A DNA stretch of 32,000 nt. It comes from Halomicronema hongdechloris C2206 (GTDB lineage Bacteria > Cyanobacteriota > Cyanobacteriia > Phormidesmidales > Phormidesmidaceae). The notes under the pieces were generated by a model. That model worked only from the letters and a program-made list of their open reading frames with translations. It was not told the origin of the DNA and ran no database searches. The stretch's first letter is position 1; every line of letters begins with the position of its first letter. Of the stretch, positions 1 through 7,406 are shown in pieces. The stretch lies in NCBI RefSeq assembly GCF_002075285.3, contig NZ_CP021983.2, positions 2,520,001 to 2,552,000 on the forward strand. The letters run 5' to 3'. Position numbers and translations under genes: made by a program.

Positions 1-3000
1 AACAACGCTTTGGGACAAGCCGCAGCTTTGGGTTGCATAGGACTTGCCCACTTGCAACAAAGTCAATATCAAGAAGGCATTAAGCATCTTGAGGAGGCGT
101 TGCCAATCTTCAAACAAACTAGATACCGATTTGGAGAATGCCAAACTTTAAATGGTTTAGGTAATGCCTATACTCAGTTACAAGACTATCCAAGCGCCAT
201 TGATTATTTCCAGCAAGCACTGAAAATTGCGAAGGAAATTGGTAATTGTGTAGGAGAAGCAACAGCATTAAGTGGATTAGGTGATGCTTATCTACAACAT
301 GGTCAATATCAAGAAGCGATCGATGCTTTGCAGTCAATAATACCGATTTTGCCAGAAATTGGCGATCGCCAGTTGGAGCAGACCATATATATTAATTTGG
401 GCAAAGTCTATACTGAGCTTAAACAATTTAAGGCAGCAATCCAATCCTTTGAGAAAAGCTTAAAAATCACTCGAGAACTTGGTGCTCGGATAGAAGAACT
501 GCTTGCCTTAAGTAGCTTAAGCACTCTAAATTTTGAAGCTAAGAGATTTGAGAGCACAATAAAATATTCTAGGCAGATTTTAACTCTTTTAGACAAGAAG
601 AGCGATACTGAATTAAACCTCGAAAATGAAGTGAAACTCAACATTTTGTCAGAGGCAAAATACAATATCGGCACAGCTCATCTATATAAGCAAAAAGGCA
701 TAAGAACTGACAATTTAGAGTTAGCCATTCGCTATCTTAAAGAAGCCTTACAAGGATATTCTAGAGACAACCTTTCCTCTGAGTGGGCAAAGGCTCATAA
801 TAATCTTTCCATTGCATATTTGGATAGAATTCGAGGTGGTAAAGCAGAAAATATAGAGAATTCAATTAAGCACTCAAAAAACACCTTAGAAGTTTATACA
901 ATAGAGGAGTACCCTGAAGAATGGGCTAGAACTCAACTTAATTTAGGTCATGCTTACTTGGCAAGAATACTTGGTGAGAAAGTAGCTAATCTTCAAGAAT
1001 CAATCGGCTTCTGTCAGCGAGCTTTATCTGTTTTTACTCAGAAGGAATCTCCTGAGTATTGGGCGAAATCACAAAGTAACTTGGGAGCTGCCTATGCTAC
1101 TCTTGCTAAGCAAAGTAGTCTTAAGGTGGGTTTCCTAGATTATGTGAAGCAGGGTAAACCTAAAGTCACCTCAGAAAACTTTTCCAATTTTAGTACTAGC
1201 AACTATGAAGAAGTAAAGCATAAATTTTTAGAAAAAGCAATTGAAAGCTTTACGCTTGCTTTGCAATTTCTAGATGAGACAAACTCTCCCTTTGATTGGG
1301 CACAGGTTCAGATGAATTTAGGAGCTGCTTTCTTAGATAAGTCTGAAATCATAGAATTGAAAGAGAAAGATAGATTGATAGATCTAGCCATTAACTCTTT
1401 TGACTCTGCCCTAAGGGTCTTTACTCCTATTAAGACTCCTGAGAAGTGGGCAGAAGTGAACAATCACATGGCAGTTGCATATATCAAGAGACTGAAAAGT
1501 GAAACAGGAGATAAGGCTGAGATTTTTAGTAATTCAGTTGTTCGTTTCCAAGATACGCTACAAATTTATACGCGCGAGGCTTTTCCTCAAAAATATGCAG
1601 AGGCCCAACACAATCTTGGACGAGCCTATAAGTATGCTGAGAACTACAGTGCGGCATACGATGCATTCTATGAAGTCATTGAAACCTTAGACTATCTGCG
1701 TAGTGAGATAAGTCCCAAATCAGGCATACAAGAAGACAAGCAGAAGCTGACGGAAGCATGGAACCATGTTTACCAGGAGATGGTGCAGCTCTGTTTGAAG
1801 CTTGATAAGCCTATAGAGGCAATTGAATATGTTGAACGGAGTAAAACCAAGAGTCTTGTTGAGCTTCTTACAAATAAAGAAAATTACTACGAACATGAAA
1901 CATCTCTAAGTCGAATCCGTGATGTTGGAAGGATTTCCTTTGCTGATATTCAAGACCTGATTGACGATCAAACTGCGATCATCGAATGGTATATCGCAGA
2001 AAGACAAATTATTGCTTTCCTCATTACTCGCCAAGCTCCTCATCCAATTATCTGGAAATCTTCTTCCGAGAATTGGGCAACCTGGCTAGATGCTTACTTT
2101 ACTTATTCACTTGCTTATCAAATAGGAAAAGAAAAGAAAAAAGTAGAAGAGGGAAAAAGAGAAGCGCAGCTCTTAGGCGAAGGAGAGAAGGAACCTGAAA
2201 GCTTCCTTTATAGTTTTTATTCAGAGTTGGTCAAGCAATATAAGAAAGAGGAACAGTGGTCACCAGAGCTTGAAAACAGGTTTGGAAATTGGAAACAAAC
2301 CTTTGAGCATAAACTTAAAAATATCGCTAAGGCTCTACACATTGATGAGCTTTTAGAAAAAATTCCGCTAAGGTGTGACCAGTTAATCATGATTCCCAAT
2401 CGTTGGTTGCATCTGATTCCACTCCATGCTTTACCTATTTCCAATTCTCCTGAAGAAGATGAGACAGAACTATATCTTTTAGATAAATTCTCAGGTGGAA
2501 TTCGTTATGCACCAAGTTGTCAGTTGCTGAAACTGAGCCAGCATCAAGCTAGGCCTAACTTTGAAAAGTTCTTTGCATTCCATAATCCAGGCAGTGCCCT
2601 AGCTTTTTCCAACTTAGAAGTTGAAAATATCTGCTCATTTTTCTCTTCTTCTCAAGTCAGATTTCGGAAAACATCAACCAAATCTATACTTGACCTACAA
2701 GATGGCCTGCAAGATTCCCAAAAAAATCATGGCATTCATGAAGCTCACTGTGTTCACTTTGCCTGTCATGGCGAATATAATTTGGACTTTCCTTTAGAGT
2801 CAAAACTGATTTTGGCACAGGATGATAAGGCAAATGGAGATTTGACCTTAGAAGAAATCTTTGAGCTTCGCCTTGATCAATGTCGCCTAGTAACCCTTTC
2901 AGCCTGTGAAACAGGTGTTGTGATGGAGTTTTTCAGTAATAGTGATGAATACATTACTCTGGCGAGTGGTTTTTTATGTGCAGGTAGTTCTAGTGTTGTT

Positions 3001-3297
3001 AGTAGTCTTTGGACGGTTGATGATCTCGCAACAGCATTGTTGATGATTCGATTCTATGAAAACTTACAGACAGGTTGTGAAGTACCGTTTGCATTGAACC
3101 AAGCTCAGCAGTGGTTAAGAAACTTAACCATCAAAGATTTAAATAAATTACTGAAAAAATCACAGCAATCTTTGAGTCCAACAATCAGAATGCTTTTGAG
3201 GCAGCAGCAACGACAATGGTCTAATCAGTTTTCGGAGGATTATCGATTATTTCGTTCTCCCTATTATTGGGCAGCATTCTGTGCGATTGGTCAGTAA
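1..3297 (+). CDS. TPR-repeat CHAT-domain protein (caspase-like cysteine protease), 5'-partial
   Basis: The frame is open from nt 1 (track ORF 10-3297 merely starts at an internal TTG), so the N-terminus lies upstream of the window. The N-terminal two thirds carry ~40-aa TPR-type repeats (e.g. LNGLGNAYTQLQDYPSAIDYFQQALKIAKEIG; later units of the W-A-x-x-Q-x-N-L-G-x-A-Y type). The C-terminal ~300 aa carry the CHAT hallmarks HFACHGE (His codon 2767-2769) and LVTLSACETG (Cys codon 2905-2907), and end in the family-typical tail YYWAAFCAIGQ. Confidence 0.9.
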   Translation, partial: NNALGQAAALGCIGLAHLQQSQYQEGIKHLEEALPIFKQTRYRFGECQTLNGLGNAYTQLQDYPSAIDYFQQALKIAKEIGNCVGEATALSGLGDAYLQHGQYQEAIDALQSIIPILPEIGDRQLEQTIYINLGKVYTELKQFKAAIQSFEKSLKITRELGARIEELLALSSLSTLNFEAKRFESTIKYSRQILTLLDKKSDTELNLENEVKLNILSEAKYNIGTAHLYKQKGIRTDNLELAIRYLKEALQGYSRDNLSSEWAKAHNNLSIAYLDRIRGGKAENIENSIKHSKNTLEVYTIEEYPEEWARTQLNLGHAYLARILGEKVANLQESIGFCQRALSVFTQKESPEYWAKSQSNLGAAYATLAKQSSLKVGFLDYVKQGKPKVTSENFSNFSTSNYEEVKHKFLEKAIESFTLALQFLDETNSPFDWAQVQMNLGAAFLDKSEIIELKEKDRLIDLAINSFDSALRVFTPIKTPEKWAEVNNHMAVAYIKRLKSETGDKAEIFSNSVVRFQDTLQIYTREAFPQKYAEAQHNLGRAYKYAENYSAAYDAFYEVIETLDYLRSEISPKSGIQEDKQKLTEAWNHVYQEMVQLCLKLDKPIEAIEYVERSKTKSLVELLTNKENYYEHETSLSRIRDVGRISFADIQDLIDDQTAIIEWYIAERQIIAFLITRQAPHPIIWKSSSENWATWLDAYFTYSLAYQIGKEKKKVEEGKREAQLLGEGEKEPESFLYSFYSELVKQYKKEEQWSPELENRFGNWKQTFEHKLKNIAKALHIDELLEKIPLRCDQLIMIPNRWLHLIPLHALPISNSPEEDETELYLLDKFSGGIRYAPSCQLLKLSQHQARPNFEKFFAFHNPGSALAFSNLEVENICSFFSSSQVRFRKTSTKSILDLQDGLQDSQKNHGIHEAHCVHFACHGEYNLDFPLESKLILAQDDKANGDLTLEEIFELRLDQCRLVTLSACETGVVMEFFSNSDEYITLASGFLCAGSSSVVSSLWTVDDLATALLMIRFYENLQTGCEVPFALNQAQQWLRNLTIKDLNKLLKKSQQSLSPTIRMLLRQQQRQWSNQFSEDYRLFRSPYYWAAFCAIGQ

Positions 3298-3311
3298 GGG
3301 AGGAGATTGTT

Positions 3312-6137
3312 ATGAGCAAGCAACAGGACAATCCCCTCCCTTTTGTTGGTCGTAAGGCTAAAATCAATAAATTCCAGGAAAATCTTGAAAGACTTAACAA
3401 TAATAACCATGGCTGTCTTATTTTTAACATTAGTGGCCAAGCAGGTATAGGGAAGACAGAGTTATTGGAGCAGTTCTACAAACGGACAATAGATCAGAGA
3501 TTACCCTCAGCTAAAACGAATTTTCGACTACTAAATGATTCAATAATAAGTAAATATCCAAGAGAAATGCAAGTGGTGCCAGCGATAATGGCACAGTTAG
3601 CTGAGGAACTAGAAAAAAATAGACCTAATACCTTTCGAGAGTTTCAGAAACGTTATCAGATTTTCTGCAAATGTTTACAAAAACTAGAAGCTTCTCCAAA
3701 TGGAGTTCAATGGGATCAGTTGCTATCTAAAATTGCAATAAATACAGCAATAAGTGCAGCAGCTCAGCAATTTCCGTTTACTGAGTTACCACTTAGGGGA
3801 ATAGATAAGGATGAAATCGCGAAATTGCTAGAGAATTGGATGGGCAATATCCTGTCTAATCAGTATGAAGCACAATTGATGAGGGAACCTTTAAGGCTTC
3901 TATCTCCTTTATTCTTAAAGGGTTTGAATAAACTTTACCGAAATCATCCTATCGCATTATTCTTCGACGACTACGAACAAAATGACTACGGTGGGAATAC
4001 TTTCTCTCCAGATCAGTGGTTGCGAGATTTACTCTTCAAAAATCGCTATGGCCAAAGGCCAAAGAAATTGCTGATAGTAATAGCTGGACGCCAAGCTCTA
4101 AATCCTCTTTATTGGAGAAGTAATCGCGAGTCCAATCTATTACCTTTTACTCTTGAGCCATTTACAGAAGCGGAAGTACGAGAATATCTAAGTTACAAGG
4201 TAAAGGATTTAAGCTATGGAAAGGAAGCTCTTACCAGAAGAATACTGAATTATTCAGACGGTTTCCCTTTAATAGTTAGTATCTTAGCAGACCAAGCGCT
4301 CAATAATCATAATTCTGTTATTGATCCTTGTGAAGATGCAGTTCGCTATATTTTAAGTGATTTAGATCCTGTAAAAGATGACCACAAGAGACAACTTGCC
4401 GTAAGTGCTGCATTATCTCGACGTTTTGATAAAGAAACCATTGAAAAAATCATTGATTTTGACAATAAAATTGATGCATCTAAAGCTGATTTTGATTGGT
4501 TAATAAAGCGTTCTTTTATAGTCAAGATAGGATTATATCGGGGCTATCATCGGTCTGTGCGAAAGTTCATGCTGCGATATTTACAGCAGTTAAACCCGTC
4601 AAAATACTATGATTTGCATGAAAGGCTTGCTTCCCACTATAGTGCATTGATTTTAAGCCTTGATTTGAGTTGTAAAGAACAATACTCACATTCAACTTGG
4701 TGGCTTTATCGTTTAGAGTGGTTTTATCATAGATTTTGTCAAACTGACCAAAACCTTACGGACAAAAATTTTGAGATTTTCGAAGTTGCTTTAGAAGAGT
4801 TCTTTAAGGCATTTGATTTTCGGGTTTCAACAGCCACTCATTTAGCCAAAACCATCCGACAGGCAGGAGAAGAAAATCAAAGTTTAAGACTTAAACAGTT
4901 CGGAGAAGCATTAGTCGAACTTGTCAAACACTATCAAAGAGAGATTAAAATATTAATTCAAAAAAAGCATGAATATCGAAAAATCATACTATCTAGTATT
5001 TTGATCGGTCAGACATTCACTAATCCAGTCGAAATATCTGGTCACTGCAATAGAACAGTTAAGCATATTATAGAGGATTTAGAAGATTCTCAAAAAGTAA
5101 GATCAGTTCTAAGGATCGCTTTATCTAGAAACTTTGATTATGTCGCCTTTAGAGTGATTACTAAAGATAACATAGTTAGAGATGAAGAGGCTGAGTTTAT
5201 TTTTAGATGGTTAACACAACTTCCTTTTGTAACTCTGGTACCATCGATTTCATCATGCTGGGAATATAATCCGCTGATAAGAAAATTCATCCTTCGACGA
5301 TATCGAAAGCAATCCTTTAAAGTTTGCCGTTATTTGCATGCTAATCTTACCTCCCATTATAGTAATTTGGTTCAAGGTTTAGATTGGAATGATATAAATT
5401 CTTGGTCTAATTTGACTTGGCAAAACCATTGTTTAGAATGCCTCTATCATAGATTACACAGCGTGTACAGTACTTCTCAAGAGTTTGCAAATAATGATTT
5501 CGCCTTAGGAGAGTTCGCGAAAGCTTTGAAATTCCAACAATCGAGGGTATTTGAATGGGCTCAGACAATCCAGCAAGTAGGAGAAGAAAACATGGTTTCC
5601 AAGCTTAAAAACTGGGGAGAAAAGCTTGTTGAACTGATAGATTATCCCCAGAACTTAGAGCAGTATCGCAAGTTAGAAAAACTGATTTCCTCTAGTGATT
5701 TAACTAATGAAAATCATGTAAGCAGCATCATTAAAAAACTGAAAGAATACTTGGAACCGAGAAATCCGGACTTGGTTAGTGATATATGCTATGAAAATAA
5801 TATTATAGAAAGCCTTCTTGATGACCTGAGTAGAAATAGTCAAGGAGGAGGCTTTATTACTTCTAACTCTCTCTTAAATTCATCTATAGGTAGTATAGAA
5901 AATCCCATCGATCAGCGTATGATATGGAGATTAGAGTATCTCAAGAAAATACTCTCAAATAACAACCCTAAATCAAAATTGGAATTACAAAAAATTCTAG
6001 AAATAGAGCGAAAGGAATTTGGAAAAATGACGATGGGTTTGGCACAAGATACTTCAAGGGGAGATATTTCTGTATTCATTAGCTCACTTATGCTTGCCAT
6101 TGCCATATTGGCTTCTAATGAAATTGATCAGCATTAA
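3312..6137 (+). CDS. STAND-type P-loop NTPase (AAA_16/NB-ARC-like) with duplicated helical C-terminal region and hydrophobic tail
   Basis: Track ORF 3267-6137. I place the start at ATG 3312 (MSKQQDNPLPFVGR...), which lies 6 nt after a strong SD GGGAGGAG (3298-3305) and avoids overlap with the CHAT stop (3295-3297). Motifs: FVGR, Walker A GQAGIGKT (3435-3458), Walker B IALFFDDYE (3951-3977), IVIAGR, LEPFTEAEVREYL, SDGFPLIV. These are typical of STAND/AAA_16 ATPases. The remaining ~600 aa are helical and I recognise no catalytic effector domain. Confidence 0.8.
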   Translation: MSKQQDNPLPFVGRKAKINKFQENLERLNNNNHGCLIFNISGQAGIGKTELLEQFYKRTIDQRLPSAKTNFRLLNDSIISKYPREMQVVPAIMAQLAEELEKNRPNTFREFQKRYQIFCKCLQKLEASPNGVQWDQLLSKIAINTAISAAAQQFPFTELPLRGIDKDEIAKLLENWMGNILSNQYEAQLMREPLRLLSPLFLKGLNKLYRNHPIALFFDDYEQNDYGGNTFSPDQWLRDLLFKNRYGQRPKKLLIVIAGRQALNPLYWRSNRESNLLPFTLEPFTEAEVREYLSYKVKDLSYGKEALTRRILNYSDGFPLIVSILADQALNNHNSVIDPCEDAVRYILSDLDPVKDDHKRQLAVSAALSRRFDKETIEKIIDFDNKIDASKADFDWLIKRSFIVKIGLYRGYHRSVRKFMLRYLQQLNPSKYYDLHERLASHYSALILSLDLSCKEQYSHSTWWLYRLEWFYHRFCQTDQNLTDKNFEIFEVALEEFFKAFDFRVSTATHLAKTIRQAGEENQSLRLKQFGEALVELVKHYQREIKILIQKKHEYRKIILSSILIGQTFTNPVEISGHCNRTVKHIIEDLEDSQKVRSVLRIALSRNFDYVAFRVITKDNIVRDEEAEFIFRWLTQLPFVTLVPSISSCWEYNPLIRKFILRRYRKQSFKVCRYLHANLTSHYSNLVQGLDWNDINSWSNLTWQNHCLECLYHRLHSVYSTSQEFANNDFALGEFAKALKFQQSRVFEWAQTIQQVGEENMVSKLKNWGEKLVELIDYPQNLEQYRKLEKLISSSDLTNENHVSSIIKKLKEYLEPRNPDLVSDICYENNIIESLLDDLSRNSQGGGFITSNSLLNSSIGSIENPIDQRMIWRLEYLKKILSNNNPKSKLELQKILEIERKEFGKMTMGLAQDTSRGDISVFISSLMLAIAILASNEIDQH

Positions 6138-6336
6138 GCGGGAAGGCTCAATCATTTATAAGATGATGTGGCTTCTTCATAATCGTCAAAAGCCTTGATT
6201 GACAGTGGTTGTAGATACTCTATTCATCTTCAATTTGATTCGTCCCACCTACTTAATAATATGACTCCAAGCAAAATGTCTGGCTGCATTTCTATCTTAG
6301 GAGGAATGCAAGTTTCTGAGGGGAAAGACTTTTATT

Positions 6337-6870
6337 TTGTTTTTTTCATCGCGAAAAGCATTTTTTAAAATCGGCCAACAACTCTCACTACTAGGGTTGA
6401 TCGCAATGCCAATCACAAGCCATTTCTTCAAAACCCTCTTTAACGCCATCCGCGATAGTGACGCCGATCCACAGTTTGTCTATCCCTTCCTACAATCCCA
6501 CCTTGATCAACTCACCAATCAACTCCCACAACACCTGAGAAATTGGGCGATCGCTACCCTTCCCACCTTCGAACCAGAACAACAATGCGACACCGCTAAC
6601 GATATCGCCAACTTTAGCCTCCTCATGCGAGGCTTCCCCCTGGGAGGCAAAGCCACCAATGTCGAAATTGCGATCGCATTAAATCGAGCCCAAAGTTGGT
6701 TGCGGCAAGTGCGAAAAAGGGAGCTAGAAGAATTGCGAGAACGCTTGAGTTCAACAACTAGAATGATCTTGAGAAGACAGTTTTATCATTTGGTAGAGGA
6801 TGAGCCGTTTGTTGAGAGCCATTTTACTGGGCAGCATTTTGTGCGATCGGGCAGTGAGTACAATTTATGA
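6337..6870 (+). pseudogene. Internally deleted, frameshifted remnant of a second TPR-CHAT gene
   Basis: From M at 6406, MPITSHFFKTLFNAIRDSDADPQFVYPFLQSHLDQL...NFSLLMRGFPLGGKATNVEIAI resembles (from memory of the family) the N-terminal module that precedes the TPRs in cyanobacterial TPR/CHAT proteins. It is joined directly to ALNRAQSWLRQV...TRMILRRQ, which aligns with the last ~60 aa of the intact CHAT protein in this window (ALNQAQQWLRNL...TIRMLLRQQ). The tail YWAAFCAIGQ-stop is present but in another frame (TAC 6825 to TGA 6855-6857), so there is a frameshift near 6815-6825. The TPR array and catalytic core are absent. Confidence 0.6.
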
Positions 6871-6992
6871 ACCTTCAAATCCTTTTCAGCGAAAACCTGA
6901 TTGAGATCACTTTCTAGTTTTGTCGGTCGCGAAGCTAGAGCGAGTTTTTTTGAGCCTGATATGTCATTTAGCCAAGGAATATAAGTATAGCA

Positions 6993-7406
6993 ATGTCACC
7001 ATACGAAGAGAATATTTTAGATTTCTATAAAATCTACGAAGAGCAACCTGAACTCTTCACCGACGACGATAGGGCTTCATTTGAGGCTCTCAAAGCAACC
7101 TTTGCCGAAGATGACAGCATTGAAAAAATTTCAGATACGATCGCTCTTTGGTGTGAAGAGCATCCCAACATTCTCAATGCTCTTCTGGAGCTTCCCCCAA
7201 GCGAGACTAGTGAGAGAGGGGCAGGAGGTCGCTCAACTCGCCTGAATCCTAAAGAGGTTCTAGGACTGTTGGATAATATTACTCGCAGTGGGCCAGCAGG
7301 TCGCCCAACTCGCTTGGATCCTGAAGAGACCTCGGAATTGTTAGATAACATCGTTCGAGAAAGTGAAACAGATTCTGGCTCCTCCTCTTCTCCCCCACAA
7401 AAATGA
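6993..7406 (+). CDS. Small acidic protein (137 aa) with two tandem 24-aa repeats; no family recognised
   Basis: ATG-initiated ORF. Acidic N-terminal half, then the repeats GAGGRSTRLNPKEVLGLLDNITRS and GPAGRPTRLDPEETSELLDNIVRE, then a Ser/Pro-rich tail. Its stop overlaps the next start (ATGA at 7403-7406), which argues for a co-translated pair. The antisense ORF 7034-7351 is treated as spurious. Confidence 0.55.
   Translation: MSPYEENILDFYKIYEEQPELFTDDDRASFEALKATFAEDDSIEKISDTIALWCEEHPNILNALLELPPSETSERGAGGRSTRLNPKEVLGLLDNITRSGPAGRPTRLDPEETSELLDNIVRESETDSGSSSSPPQK
7218..7361 (+). repeat. 72-bp tandem duplication inside the 137-aa ORF (2 copies: 7218-7289, 7290-7361)
   Basis: ggggcaggaggtcgctcaactcgcctgaatcctaaagaggttctaggactgttggataatattactcgcagt versus gggccagcaggtcgcccaactcgcttggatcctgaagagacctcggaattgttagataacatcgttcgagaa. 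The copies are in frame and roughly three quarters identical by eye. Confidence 0.9.

Noticed and set aside
3267-3311. Upstream ATG 3267 as the start of the STAND NTPase
   Set aside because: It would overlap the last 31 nt of the CHAT gene and has no SD. ATG 3312 follows GGGAGGAG at ideal spacing and gives the family-typical N-terminus.
6199-6226. Sigma70-like promoter (TTGACA, 16-nt spacer, TATTCA) downstream of the STAND gene
   Set aside because: The -35 is perfect but the -10 matches only 3 of 6 positions. In AT-rich DNA such matches are frequent, and the nearest downstream gene is a pseudogene.
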